Below, one piece after another: positions 36,932 to 52,330 of a DNA stretch of 64,000 nucleotides. The stretch lies in assembly GCA_036172245.1 (NCBI GenBank), contig JAYWIR010000043.1:930001-994000 (forward strand), in the 5' to 3' direction. Numbering within the stretch: position 1 is the stretch's first letter; each line of letters opens with the position of its first letter. The DNA is from Raillietiella orientalis. Lineage: Eukaryota. Made by a program: the position numbers and the translations under genes. The notes under the pieces were generated by a model that worked only from the letters and a program-made list of their open reading frames with translations, ran no database searches and was not told the DNA's origin.

Positions 36932-39900
36932 CACTATCAATCAAATCACAGAAAATTTTTAAAGTTTCTGAAAATAAAATTATTGAAAAAGATTATTTAC
37001 TAAACTAACAAGCGTTATAAGTTATTTCTTTATTTCAGTTACCAAAATTAAGAATTTGAAAAAATTGCAAGAAAAAAATGAGCAGCACTACAATATTACA
37101 CTTAATGATCACATAATTGAAAGTGATTAATACTTTATAATCTTCTGATGAACTTATTCAAAATTCTTACTCTAAGAATGCTACTCGGTTCTCTGCTACC
37201 GCCACTACGCGTGATGGTAAATAAGCAAGTAACCATGTACAGAATTACCAAGTATGACCATCAAGGTGCAGAAATGGAAGCGGCTAAATACCAGAATACA
37301 TGTGATATTATTTCACTTGTTTTCACTTATATGGTTCTATAAAAATCAACTTTTAAGATACTCTTGTTTTTGTTGAACAAATAAATGATTAAAAGGAAAA
37401 AAATTGTAGAAAAACAAATAGAGGAAAAAAATGTTGCAACTGTGTCTAATTTGGAGTAAATAAAAATTTTCCATTAGCATTTTGTAGATTATTGCAAAAA
37501 TACGTTTCTATACTCAAAAGCAAGATTTTGATACGCAAATTGAATAAGAAATTCATATAAAGAAGCTTGACTGATATTAAAATATGAAAAATGATTTACA
37601 TAATGATTTTTATTTTAAGAGGTAAAAGTCTGATAATAAAAGAAACTTCATTCTAGGAAATAGGCTACACATTGGATTTTAGAATACAATTTCAGTATGA
37701 ACAAAAAACATGAAAACTAATACATATTGTAAGGAAGCCAAATTCATTTCAGCAACCAAATGAGACACAAAGCAAGCAAATCCAAAGTTAATGTAACTAG
37801 ACACTTGGAAAAGAAAAGCATAAGAATTCGGATAAGTTTCCACTTGAATCATCAGCTGAGTAGTAATCACCTGTAACCAAGATTGTATAATTATAAACAT
37901 TGTATAATACATGTATTAAATTATAAACATTAAAAGGGTAACGTAGCTGATTGTAACCGTGAGCAGAAGTGTCTAACTAAAAAAGTTAAAAAAGGGATTC
38001 TTATAGAACTGAATTGTGGGAGTCTTATCCATATAATCAACTCGTCGAATGATTTGAATTCATCACACATGGAACTTAATAAAAATGAAAATAGTTACTT
38101 AACAGATGCAGATAGCATACAAAATAGTTGACATTATATCAGTTCTAGAGAAATAACATGATTAGATCAAAACCTAAGTTTGGTTGCCGATGAATAAAAC
38201 TACTATTATGTCAGGTTTCATTTTTAATTATTCAGCTGCTTCTGGATGCGAGAGCCTGACAATAATAATCGAATACTATGAGCACAAGCCTATAAAATAA
38301 AATGGACTTGGTCAGGCTCCTCAAAAACGAATAACTAAACTTTTTGAAGAACAAAACTTTTTTTTTTTTCTGAGAAAAAAACGTTTCCTAAAATAGATTT
38401 CAATTGCTTTCTCTTATAAAAGAATCTAAAATGTAGCAAACAGTGCTCAAATGCCTTCTAATGCTTGAAGTTTGTGTTTGCGAATTTTCAAAGAAACAAA
38501 GAACTTTCAAATTTGGAAAATTGAGGAGTTATCGATTTGAAGGAGGGAACTCTTTAAAGATTCGTGTGGCCTAGAGTATGTCTTTTAATCTCCCAGTATC
38601 TTACTCAATCTGAAAAGTTTCGTAAAGTATCATGGTAATTTAAAAGAATATCAGATTCATTTCGGAATCTGGAACCTTAGAGCATTCACATTTCTCATAA
38701 TCCTTTTTTAAAAATCCACTCTGGATTCGAAGCAATTTTTTATTTGGAAAATTTCGTCATTCCATTTGCATCAATGCGGTAAGTCTAACCTACCAAATAT
38801 AATACGAGCTCTCGGACTCAGATTATGAAAAACAGAATGAATTATGAAAAAAGCTTCTTCGTCTTTATCAATGAATGCTTCAAAACATGAGATCTGAAAC
38901 AGGACAATAGACCTTATGCACACATGTAAAACTTGTTCAATCCCAATGACAAAATCTTGATGAATTATGCAGTCTTATTAAAATCTTCATAGCACCATCA
39001 GTGCCGGGCTAATGGAGCATTGGAGCTAAAGTCATTTGTCCCTTTGACATCCACAAATGTGGTTTGTCTGAAATCTCGATCTTAGTTGGAACGAACGTCA
39101 ATTTAAGAACATAATAACCAACTTTTCTTACGTAATCCTATTTGAATTAAGAGGTAGTTTGACTCTGAGAATAGAGAACCAGGAAATCGGAAAACCATGG
39201 AAAATTGGGAACGTTCGTTCTGAAAGGCATGAATTCTTTAAAGTTTCGTAATTTAGATGTGTTTGTTGAAAAGTCTAAAACAGTTCATTCTGCGAAATTT
39301 TTACAGATTATTTATGAAGTTCACTAGCACTTACGAGGGCAATGATATTTCTTCCTATTATTATATTCTTATTATTATTTCTATTATTTCTTTCTATTTC
39401 AAAAAGTTCTTTGTCGAGTAGTGCGCACAATTTTAAAGAATGGATGAGGTAGAGTGATGCAATATAGCACGGTTCAGAATCGATTCACAGGTAGAATCAG
39501 ACATTTAGTCCGTATAAACATGGTTGTCCCTCCATACTGATTTCACAGGTTGCAGTAATGCTCCGAGCCTTGGAACGTGGTTTTGGACTGTTCTGTGAAT
39601 TACTTCTCAAAAGAAAATTAAAAACAAATCAGGAATGGTTTCTTGTTCAAAGAATGGTTTCCAATATGAATAGGAATAATAGCAATTCCAACAAATAAAA
39701 AACTCTTGCAGTTCAGTTCCAAATATTAAAAGGAAAGATCCTTCTCATTATTTGGGACCCATACTTTCCCAAGTCATCGTCCCAACTGTGCATCGTGATT
39801 CTTTCGTCTTTTTCCATCCCAGTATGAGAAACCCTCCCAATCACCATCACGAGGAATGGGAGACCAGGAACCGTCCACAAGGGCCCTCAGGTACCCGAAT

Positions 39901-42591
39901 CTGAAAAGTCGCGATTCCGGTGGAACCAACAAAAATCGAACTTTCACTTTTTCACTTCAGTCGTTTTCCAGAAGGAATTCTTCTTACTCTGTCCTTTTTA
40001 TCCCCACAGGAAAAAAGAGTGCGAATTCTCGGAATGTAAGTTTCCTGTGTTTAATTGAATAAGTCCCCCCCCCCCCCTGAAAAAAATGATCCTAGCTTTT
40101 CAAGAATTCGAAAATGTTCCACTGTGGCATATAGAGTTCCATTCATCTGAATCTTCTACAGAAGGTTTCCTTTTTATGATTGCAAATACATGCTGGTTCT
40201 ACGTGACTTCTAGAGAAGTCCGCCATCGTTCTGAAGCATGCATTTTGAAAACTCCTAGTCTGATGTGTGCCCTTGCAGTTTTTCAATACTCTCTAAACTT
40301 CCTGGAGATTCTTTGTTTTCCTTTAATCAGAATTTGTACCTTTTCGACGTTCAACTGAATGATGAGTGAGACGAGTGATTGCATCGATAGTCCGAGAGCA
40401 TCACATTCTCCTCATTTGGAAGTTCACGTCTCGTCTCGTTCTTCTTGAAGTCAGTGTTATCCGGGTCATCATTTATCTTTTTTATTTTCGGTGCACTCTG
40501 CTCTCCATTTGGAATTTCCACCACTTTCCACATTAAGGTACTTCTGCTGAATCCATCCAGACGCACTCCAGTCTCCCAGCATGATGCCTAAAACTGGTTT
40601 CTGAAACGAGCAGCAACCTTAACCATTTAGAACGGTCAATTTCTTCCTTCTGTGGATAAACTCGAATGGATTGAGTGAAGTATTTCTGATGAAACGCTTT
40701 CCAGCAACTGACTCCGGAGTAAGTCGTTCTCATATGGAGTCTCGTCCGACGAAATGTTAATAAGCGTTGTTCCTCTTGGATCCTTCATCCCAACGCCATT
40801 TTCGAATACGCACGTACTCTATTCGATACTGATCCGTTTTTACGTTTGGGAAGTTTCTCACCTTACTATAGGTATTTCGTGCTGAAATACTTATGAGCAA
40901 TACTCGACAGGTAACTCATCTCTTGTCAAAGAGCTGCCGAAAGTGCTCATCGCACTGTGGTAATTCGTTGCGAATCCGCCTGGTGGTCGTAGAATCGAGC
41001 CTGAATGAAACGAGTCCAACCTGATTAAGCAGTCGGAATCCTCGAACAAGTAACGCATAGATTTCTTTAAATGCTCTGTCTCCGCATGAGCCACTTATTA
41101 GGAGTAAACCGAGGTGTGAGCTTCCCTGCATTGCAATCGATGAATTGGAGATAACATCCTCTTTCCTCCGAAGTCCCTCTGGAAAGGACCGTTATCCCAA
41201 ATGGGTTATCCTTGCTTCACTTCCCAAATCAAGCTGTTTGGATGCTTAACAGGCTCCCTTGGCACTCGCAAACCTGGTGCAGGGAGTAGGAATTAAGTTC
41301 CCCACATCAGTAAGCTCTTTTGGGAGTTTCGAGGATTTATCAGACTCCTTTTCTCAACTGCATTCCACCGAAGAGAAAAAAAAAATGTGGAAAACGTTCG
41401 TTGTGGCTGCGTCATCGAACGGTGATCCACCGGATCGTGCAAAAACGTCCAAGAGGTCCGAATTCCCGGTGTGCGTTTGCCTTCTTGCTTTTTACCACCG
41501 AGGAAAATATGCTTAATTTCACACTGGTCAACCGCTCCCGAAACTTTCTCCGCCAATGGGCTCCTCCCTTCCCCCCTCCAGATAACTCCATTAGCAATTC
41601 TTTTACTTTCTCAGAAATCATTCGTCCCTCCAGCCCAGACAAAGGCTGACTGCTTCCCTTCCTTCAGCCAAGCTTACTGGGCACTTGCCTATTAGAAACA
41701 ACCTTTTTTCTAAAATGCTTTGAAGAAATCGTAACTTGAGATTTTCATCACTACTACTATAGTTAATTACATACTGAAAACCTGTCAGGCAGTCGATCGA
41801 TTCATCAGTTACAAACGAAACTGAAAGCAAATCACTGCTGCATAACAGTTCTGGAAATTTACAATCCGGATGAATTCTCAGCTTATAAGCACTCAGTTGC
41901 TAATGACCCTGCACTCTTCAGTCAGGAACTTCTTCTTCCAAAGCGGACTCTGCAGCATCTGCCAGAAGCATTTGGCACAGAAGACGGTGCGTGTACTTCA
42001 GCTCCTTCAACATAACTTTCTCGAATGGGTTCGATGGCAAACATTCGGTGCAGAGAAGCTCACTTTGTTGAGGCAGATTCGAATTTTCAAATTACACTTG
42101 AGCAGCATACCACACCAGAAGTACTGGAAGGCATTCAACCTCGAACTGGAACGGGAAATGACCTAGAACATTAATACGGCACAACACTGCTGATGCGTTG
42201 GTCTAACCTTCCATAGTTAAACAGGAGTGTGACAGCAATGTGACCTATAATACCTATGATTGATTTATGAAAGAACCGAAAAGACAAGACTGAGAAACAC
42301 TTCAACACGTGTTCTGAGGTTGTTGGGAACATACCAATAAATAGAAAAAACATTTACATTAACGACTGGATTACATTATAAATAAACACTGTTTTCACTG
42401 TGCTGCACTCATAACACTCTGGGATCCTGCTGTACAACGCATGGCGGATGACAATCTTGACGGTTTAAATGCTTTGAATCTTGCTTTCTGATGGTAACTG
42501 ATTTAGGTCGCCGGAGAAAGGCATTAAACAATGAATAACGAATAGTTTCACATAATTTACTTTTTAATTGACTATTACAATGAATGTAAAC

Positions 42592-45500
42592 TCACTGTAC
42601 AAACTCTATCATATTGGAAAAAAACTTATTATAATCAAGTCGTAGCAATAACTTAACCAAATGTGTTCGACCTTCAGATCGCTGTACGAGAATTTTAAAA
42701 AATAAAGCAATTTCTTTATAAAAGGCATCGTGACAACTTTGTAATAATTCAGGAGTAACACAATTTTTTTGTACTGAAGAACCATAATTAGAGCACACAC
42801 TCAAAATTGCATGAAGGCGGCACAATAACATTCGATTCAAAAGGAAAGTTTCTGCCATGATGCTATTGAGAAAGACATTGTGTGCATGCTGAATAGCTTC
42901 AAAATCACGTGTGCTATTAACATCATTTTGCAAATGCATTGCATGTGATTCTAAAACATCAGCCATGAAGTAATACTGGAGATTTTCCAACAAAAAAATC
43001 ATATGATTCAGCAAATGGAACACTCTATGCTCCGTTGACCTCCATCTTTTGTTTTGCATTAGTGTGGCCCAAGCATCATGCAATAACAACTGAATGCGAC
43101 GCACTTGAAGAAGCAATTGCATTACAGTATTGTACTTGACCAATTCAGAATGATTGAACAAAATATGCAAAGGCCATGATACTGTAATTTTCAAGCACAC
43201 TTGTGACCATCCTTAAAAAGTGTTCAAAATATTTATATTTTCATTTCTACCAACCAGATAAAGCTGTAGAATCAGCTGTGGACAAAGATATGGAAATCCT
43301 GTCTAATATGTTTTCTTGCACTGACACTTGATGAGCAGCTAGCTGGAAATTCATAGTGACATCTGAAAAACTGGAATAGAAAACGAATGAAACCAAATTC
43401 CTTACCATGTGCAAATGCTGCAGATGGCTCCACAGGACTAGATAAAAGTGTTTCTGCTTGTCTCAAGAAGGCATGAAATAATTCTCCACGTCCTAACAGA
43501 TAAATGTCCTTTAGTAACTGAAGGTTGACAAGAAAACTTCCTTTTTCCATTATCAGCTCGTACAACCGCTAAACTTACGTTGGTCAAATGGACTTACAAT
43601 AAAGGTCTAACCTCAGCCACAGTATTGCGCATGTTACATATAACTTGTTCGAATTCTGTTATGGAAAAACGTTCATTACTGCTTAATTTTTGCAACATGA
43701 TTGCAAACTGTTCCTCTTGTGAATCCCAAACAAGAGAACTGAATCTTAACTGCTCAGCATTTAAAACAAATTCGACTCCTGACAAAGGCTTAGTAAAAAG
43801 TAACACAGACTGTCCAATAAACAATATTTTTGATGCTATTTCTGATGAAATGTAACAAGGTATTAACTCTGCTCTAATGGAGAAAGAATTCATGACCACA
43901 TCTGCTTCATCCGACTACAAGCACAATTAACATACAATTGTCAAATTTGGCAGAATACACACTGCTAGGAATTGTTTACTACGAGTATGTATAGATCACA
44001 ATGCATTAGTATGGGAAAATGGAAAAGAGTAAAGTTTTCGATTATTCTTTTCATAAACTGCGTGAAATGAACTTTGAGTACTAACTTGAAACAAACACAC
44101 TTCACTTATGATCAACATCATTGCAGACCATTACATGTAGATGACCATAAATGTACACACAAGCCAAATTATATTTATGCATGCAAGTTATATTTATGCA
44201 CTCGATGATTGCATTTAATATTCTAGAAATAGATAGATATATACAGATTACATATGCTTTATGCGCAAATTCTATTTACTTTTTCAAAAAATAAATACAG
44301 AAATTTTAATCAAGATTTTTAAATTTCCAACAGAACTTACTTTACTCTGTGGCTGAATTTGATATATGAAAAATTCATTGTAAGGATCACGCAAAATTCC
44401 ATGCAATAGCCAAATGCTTAGTTGATTAAATAGCACAGTATGACAATTTTGCAGCAAACTAAAAAAATTATATACATAAGTGAAATGGTCATCTTATTTG
44501 AAATTCTCATGAATTCTAAACTTTTCAAAACAAAGTTGCAACTTATGATTAAAACGTTTAGTTCAGGAACATGATATTCAAAATTAATGAAACAAAAATC
44601 TAGATATTATACTTCATCGGGATCTCTGATACAGTATAATTATCACAAAAAAGAAATTGGAAAGAAGCAACAATGATTCAAAACAGCCAAATACAAGAAG
44701 TTCATAAATCCCATTTCTATTAAATTTTTTTAAATATCCATTAAATGAGCAAAGTGCTGTGAAATTGCTATTCACATGAACATTATTACATCATCCAAAC
44801 CATGAACAAGAAAAGGTTCTTTAAAATGTCATACCCAGACATTACTCTTGATACATCCTCAAAGCCTGATGAACAGTGACGATATAATTCACTTAATATC
44901 TGACATCCTCGAATATTTTTCATTTTTATCTGAAATTAGTATAAGTCAAAATTTATAAAGATAAATTTATTTAATTTATGCAAACATTGATTTAATTTAC
45001 TAATGATGTGATCAGTAGTCTGCTAACAATTTTTTACTGATATAACAAAAATACTGTTTCGAAGTGTTTCTAGACTAGTTGATAGATATATCCATTCTTT
45101 GAAATGACTGTTGGATTAACTTATTTGACTAAATAATCGAAGTTTATAAATTTATGCAAAAATAATGCAGTGTCAATGTACAATATTTTATTCAACATAA
45201 TAATTTATATTAAAAAATGCAAAAACAAAAATAAACAGAATACTTTTCATTGAATTACATCATTCATTGATTAGTATCTTCAATCTAGATATATTAATCC
45301 AAATGACATTTGCTACATAAAGAAATACAGATTTCAAAACAAACACATGATCAGCATCTTTTAATTCTTGTTTTGAATGGTAAGAGGAGGGAAGAATCAA
45401 TGAAGTGTGTCCTGTTTCGCCAAAGACAATTTCCAAAGACTTTCTGCTAAGATCATCCTTGGTCTGGCTTTTTATTTTCCAATTAGGATTTTATGTACAA

Positions 45501-48500
45501 GATGATATTGCCATTTACATTGTGGAATATTTTTAAAGAGCCCCGTAGTCTCCTTTTTGTTTTGTTTACCTTCAAAGATACAATATAAGATATGAACTGA
45601 AAACAACCTCTTATGTTCTAATTCTGCAGCATGGAGTGTTCTGTGTGATGCAGTGTTACCATAATGCTGCATTAGTTTGTCACAATCACTATCCAGATCA
45701 TCCACAATAGAATTCATGATAAACAGCACCAAATATACACTTACTTTTGGCTATTTCAAACCTTCCCGTATAGTCATACACTGGTACATAAAAAACACTC
45801 ATACTTTCTGAAATTGCATACAAAGATGGCTTACTGATTTCCAGGGACTCATATTATTTTTATATTTATATTAAAGAAACTTAAATCACATATGTTTAAT
45901 ATAATTCTGCCAAACTGAAGATATCCAATCAAAGATCTACTCATTAGAGAACAGAAATGAATACATTTCATTATTTTAAAATGTACTAATTGTTGCTTCT
46001 AAATAAACTTTGGAAACCTATAAACACACGCACACACATCCTTACACTCAACAAACAAGCAAATGGAAACAGCATCTTCCATTCTTTTGAACTGAAATGA
46101 CAAATTTTTTGTTTTTTAAATGTTCATGATATCTGGATTTTTATTCTTTTCAAATACTGTGCCCAGTGTTAGAAAGGAATAAGAAATACTTGTTTTAGTA
46201 AGCTACGGATATAAATATGGCAACTTTAAATGATAATTTTCGAGCATCTACTATAGAATTAAATGTTTTGTTTACTTGGGTGATAAAAAATAGCCTACCA
46301 ACAACTCATGAAATTAATTTCAGATATTTCCTTTACCAAACCTTTTCTTTATAAAACAAAAACATTTACCTTGTGAATAAAATTTATTATTGAAGGAAAG
46401 AGTATGCTATAGCAATGAAGTTCTGATAATAATGATGATAATGGCAATGAACCGTTTCTATCAACTTTTCTTGCTATTTCTGCAATTGTTTTCTTATAAT
46501 TAGAAAGAATTTTATCCAGACTATAATGCAAAATGCTGATGTATTGACCTTGAGCCTGTGTTTCTGAAAAGGAAAGTAAGTATTCATTATTCCCAAATTT
46601 CAAAATAAGTTCAATTACATGAATTTAACTATGACAATCATTAAAATCAACATATCATTACATGATATATAAAAACTAAAATTAACTTGGCATGCAAAAA
46701 TAAAACATGAGAATCGAGAACTTAGTAACGAAAGTTGTAGGAACAACACCCTGATTACTTAATAATATTGCTGACTGTTTTACAGACTACAGAAAAACTG
46801 ACTTCACTTCAGGACTGTGATTAAGCAAGAAATTTTTGGATCAAAGTCCAGAAACAACTTATCTGCGATGCTGTTTACTAATTCATTTGCTGATTGTAAA
46901 AAACACAAATGATACTTTTGTGAAAGAAAAATATTCCAGGGAAACTCTTACACAACAGATTAACTATGCATAGCACAGGCTCCACATAACAATTCAAATG
47001 ATTCAAAATGATCAGAATAAACCATTTATAAAGTCAAAACTGCATTTGCAATCTTACTTTGAAGTTCGGAAAAAATAAACATGTAGTCATACACATAATT
47101 GAATAATTTGCTTCAACAAAATGAAAGATTCCTTCTAGACAAGTTAGGCATCAAATGCACTTGAAAACTGAATGATTTTAAAATTAATGGAATATTGGTG
47201 AATTAGGTGCATTATCAACCTTTCTACATTGACATATGGATCGATTTTCTGCACAAAACAAGCCCAGCAAAGCATTACCACAAATGGAAAAATCTGTTTA
47301 CAATAAGGGAATAATTATGGACACTACACACTCAAAGCTACAAAAAGTGATTTGCCAATGAATTTACTGGGAATGATATAATGAGTACACTGCAACATCT
47401 TGGAAAGATAATGCTGTCTAGATATCTATATCCTGAATACATAACAGATATTGATATTTATAATCAACAGACCAGAAAATAAGCAAAATTTGCATAAATA
47501 CCGACAGCAACGAAACTGCACATTTGATAGTTAGTCATGATGGTCTGTGCATCAAGAAATGAACAAAACACACAGGACTAATAGTGTTCGTAATAAAGAA
47601 CCTCATAAATTCATTATTGAGAATAAAAGTGTACAAAGCAAGAAAACGATTGCTAATATATTACCAAATGAGGCATGATAGCCATGCATGATACAGAACA
47701 CAAATCAGCTCAAAGATCGAATCACAGGTTACTCATATATTGATTAAGAGTAAACATTTAAGGCACAAAACAACTGCTCCTAAGAAGTTAACACAAGACA
47801 AAGTCATTAAAAAAAATGAAAAAGAAAATAACAAAACTTTCTGGATAATCCTCATTTTCTATTTACTTAAGACACAGACTGATAAACCAGGAAACTGTAT
47901 GTTAAGTTGCCTAGGTTTGAACTAAAAAGTTTTGTGATTGGGATAAAGTTAGTACCCTTCTTATCATCACCATTTCAGTTAGAAAAATAATGGCTGATAC
48001 TCCAATGATGCTATTTTGCAGTTCCAGATTTTCTTACATTTGCTACTGATGATATAAAACAAAAAAAACTTGAATAAAACAAAACGTAGCTTTTAGCACT
48101 CTTATCACTATCAAAATATTTTGACATAAATATTGCATGCATTACTACTCATTGATATTCAAAAGTCCCACTGAACTGACCATTTTTTATAAACTCCGTT
48201 ATTGAGGAAAACATGCTTCCATATTTCAAAATTTGATTAAGAAGAGAAATTTCCGAGGGATGAAACCAGGACCACACTTCATTGACCTAAGAAAAGCATT
48301 TTCACTGTTAAAAAATCCAGAAAAACTGTTCGTTCGCAAACTGAAGCTTTAAAATCTCATCATCGTGGATGACATTAACAACAGTGTCAAGTTAGTTGAA
48401 AAAATGTAAATAAAATTGATAAATTAGGCCATTCTCAAATTGTTGCGAGTAAAGATCATATAATACTTTAACATACTGTAAACCTCTTACACAATGTTAA

Positions 48501-48787
48501 ACACATTGAAAACAAAACATACTTTAATAGCACTTTAGTTAAATTACAATTAATTTAAGATGCTACACACTTAACGCAGGAAAAATGTGTCTAATACTCT
48601 ACCATTACTTGCACTATCATTATCACAAAATTTCTATATGTAAAACTTTGTGAAATGCATGTTTCAATCACTCTGACTTGCAATAATCGTTGTAAACACC
48701 TGAGGTACTTACACAAATTGCATCCCCCTTCTTGACAAAAATTTTTCCCGTATATCCAAGCAACGCCAGTAAAATCTCATGTTGCAT
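42592..48787 (-). CDS. TUBGCP4: Gamma-tubulin complex component 4
   Basis: Exons (minus): 48787-48713, 48286-48181, 46563-46370, 44929-44835, 44458-44341, 43914-43612, 43568-43406, 43362-43255, 43211-42592. Motifs MQHEILLALLGYTG, FHPSE, RGCQIL, QLSIWLLHGILRDPYNEFFI, KILFIG, KDIYLLGRGELF, VSWPLHILF, NLQYYFMADVLE, LLLRLDYNKFF. Confidence 0.93.
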
Positions 48788-51039
48788 GCTTTACAACAGA
48801 TACAGGGGACTCCACAAAATTGCAACGGGAAACTTACATCAATAGCATTGACAAATTCCTAAATACGGGGCAAAAGTGTTTTTTCTTAGGCATCTGATGT
48901 GCACTTTGAAAAACACGCTTGAATAACTCTATATTCACGCTCAAATTAGATTTGCAACCGGTCTAAATAAATTTACACCACTTCAGCAATAACAGTAAAA
49001 CACCTTAGCCACTGCTAAGCAAAACATATTTGAACCGTATGAATACCAAACTCCCCAAAATTTCATAATTGAAACACAGACCTTGCATTGAAAACGAACT
49101 ATTGGAGAAGTCATCAAAAAAAATGATGGAATAAAATCATAGGAGAAATAAAGGACAGCAAGATGAGCTCTTTTTTTTGGCACGCAATACGTGAGATGTG
49201 TATTCTCATATAACGAAAATTAAGAAAGAAAAATGCATAAATTCTATGAATACTTTTATTTTTTCTTAATGGAAAAAAAATTGTTATCCCTATAGATCTT
49301 TGCGAACTAAGAGTATCCTGCAAACCGCGAGCATCTCATAAATTATTCAATAGTTATATTCGTGAATTTCATTTTCTTTAAAAATTACTTTCAGTTGCAC
49401 CAGCATTCCCTCAATTATTGACTCTCATCAATAGTGATTTGATTTTCATTTATTCAAATTTAAAATGATCATTTGTCGAGTGATGGCAATTTCTATCCTA
49501 ATTTGCTTAATGCGACAAGGTTATTGTTTAATTACTGCAATTTTTGCTACTTTCATAGTGGTAAAAGCAGCAACATGTAGTTATCAAATGTAGGTCCCCT
49601 GTTCGAAAATTATCAATAGATTTAGTTTTTACGGAGGCTCCATATCGTATCATCAGAATCAACTATTGGCATTTGATTCAAATTTATGCATAAATATATG
49701 ATTCCATTTGACTAAATGAATGTCACCATTTTGTGATATCTCTGTATACAGTGAATCTCGTCACAGAAAACATTAGGTATCTTTGCATGGATAAACCAGA
49801 GTGACTCGGATGTACCTGTAATTTACGAACTAAAGACTTTTAATGTGTGCTTACGAAAAATTTCCTTTTATTGCTACCAAGCAGTAGCAAGAAAAATATA
49901 CAGAGGATTGCTTTGCAGCAAAGTGTCCATTGGAAGTATGAAATCAACGATTATTATACACCATAATCCCCTTTTCTTTTTCATTTTTATTGTCTCCATC
50001 ATAACTCATTTTATGGGCAATTGACTGCTATAAACATCAAACAAAAAACAGAAATCTCAACAAAATATGCAGTCATCTGGAAATGAGAAACTAAGCTCTC
50101 ACAAAGTAATAAGAAATAAAAGAGCTCAAGAAGAGATGAAAGGCTAGTTCAACTCTTAAATAAGTCAGATTATTGGTGCCTTATCGAAGACCTTGGGAGA
50201 TGTTCGACTGAAGAAACAAAGACTTAAGAATTGATTATCTTTATAACCGTCCTCTGATCAACCTACCAACTGCGCCCGTAACGCTTATGCTATATAAGAA
50301 ATAAAATAATTACAATAGCTTCGTAATTTCTTTGTTCATAATAGCACCTTCCATCCCTTCAACTTCTTACAACTTCCATCTTCCAGCTCACACTTCGTTT
50401 TATTCGCAAATAACGAAGAAAACAACAGCAACAACTTGGAAAGAAACTCCAATTCTTTATTAAAATTTTCATTGCCCTTCTTCTTGTATTCTTCTTTATT
50501 ATTCTATTAAGTCTCATTCCCTATGCATTCCTATCAGAGCATCTCTTTCACTTATAATAGCATCCTGTAGACGAAACTGCTTAGATATTTGTTTCAATGA
50601 TATCAATTAGTTCGTTACGTACCTTAGCGAGAGCTATTTATTTTCCATTTCACATTTTCATCCATTTTAGTTTTTAGGTTTTCCACAATAGCATCTAATA
50701 TTTTTACTTTTATTCAATGCAAACATTAATTTCTTGAATCTTTTCCTTGCATTTCAAACAGTTTAAGGTAACAAGGAATCGACTGAATAGGTGGAGTGGG
50801 TGTTCTGTAAAGTACAGATTGAGAATATAATGATTTCTTATTGATAAACTTTTCCGCACATACAAATGACTTTTCTAGTACGAAATTCTGCTCCTTAATT
50901 TATTTATGAGGTCTAGTCTAGATGAAAGTGGAAGAATTGGTGAAAATATTATTAACGTAAAGTCGTAAATTTTATACATACTGAGACATTTACTTATCGA
51001 AAATTGGAAAATTTATCAATTAAAAGTGAATCAACCACA

Positions 51040-52330
51040 CCTGGCAATGCTTCTTCTCCAGAATCGGTCTAGAATGAAGATTTGGAATCAACAGTTCAAA
51101 AAATTCGTTTGCTTCGTTAGGCTGAATGATGGTCCCTAATTCGATCGACTTTACATTTGAGAAGGATAAAATAAAAATTTCATCTCCTGGCACATGGTGG
51201 GAGAACTGATATCACTAATACAACGTGGATGTCGGTACTTATTAGAAAAATGAACAAAGAAGAACATATCTTTTTGGATTACTTCAGTAAACTCCAATTC
51301 ATGGTGTCATCGGGAAGGAAACTTATTAATGGAGTTCAATAACTAAAACTTACCATATGAAAAACTTGTGGATGTAGCTAGAGAGCAGCACAACAGAATG
51401 GCTAATATGGGAAGACAGTGCTCTTGTGGTCGAAGAGAAATTGTTCTGGAAGAGAAATGGAAGTTTAACGGCCTAAATGGGGGAAGTTCAGTGCACTGTC
51501 TCTCCATCATACATCAAGAACAGCTTTGCGTCAAGTGCTTAGTAATCAATTCAGCGATTTCTGTAGTAACTGAATGTTTCGTTGAAACTCGGAGCGACTG
51601 TTATTTGGATCAGAGGCAGGATATATCTGCATTATTTCCATGTTAATTAACGCCGTAGAGGTTAAATGTTAAAGCGTTTTCCGGAACTGAAAGGAGAAGG
51701 AAGGTTGTTTATGGATGAGAATCATAATCCGGTCCTGAGATGGGAAAGAACAATTGGCTTGGAGATCTCACATTTCTCGTAGATGTCACTGTCCATTTCC
51801 CAAAACTGGACGTGAAACTTCAGGATTCCATAAAGTTGATGAACTGCAATGTCACAAGCTTTCAAATAAAACTCAAACTGTAGTAAGATGGCTTCCCAAC
51901 TCTTCCCAACAGTGACCTAACATATTTTCCCAAGCTGCAACCCATGAATCAGGCGTCTTCATGAAATGTGGAGAGGCACGTGAAAAGCTTCGAAAAGATT
52001 TTGAAAACGGGTCCAGAGGATTGAAATGCAACTTGGTTTCTTTTCTGCTCCATTGAGAGTGCAACCAATGGTGACTCCTTTTGGAAAAGCATGTATCTTA
52101 AAAATGTGCACTCTGTATGCTTGGAACCACCTATGTTAAGGACAGAACCTTCTCAAAAATCGAAAATGCAAAAAATGTATCACTGGGAAAAAGCTCAGAT
52201 GAAAGTCTTAATAAAGAACTTCATTACTGATTCTCAATCCGACCCTGACGTAAACAAGCCTGCACATAAGAAAATACCAAAAGGTGCATTCTCATTGCGA
52301 AGCTCTTCTAATCAGCCGCAATAGTAAACA
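51040..52330 (+). mobile_element. Decayed BEL/Pao remnant
   Basis: TFTFEKDKIKISSP (~51150) and WERHVKSFEKILK-like (~51967-52008, across a frameshift) resemble BEL pre-RT and integrase WERxVRSxKxxLK motifs; many stops. Confidence 0.35.

Noticed and set aside
45360..45800. Exon-like pieces inside TUBGCP4 intron 3
   Set aside because: Not needed for the GCP4 reading frame, contain stops and match no family I recognise.
49550..49615. tRNA-like A box (tagtggtaa) and B box (gttcgaaa)
   Set aside because: No acceptor or anticodon stem can be formed; at most a decayed SINE head.
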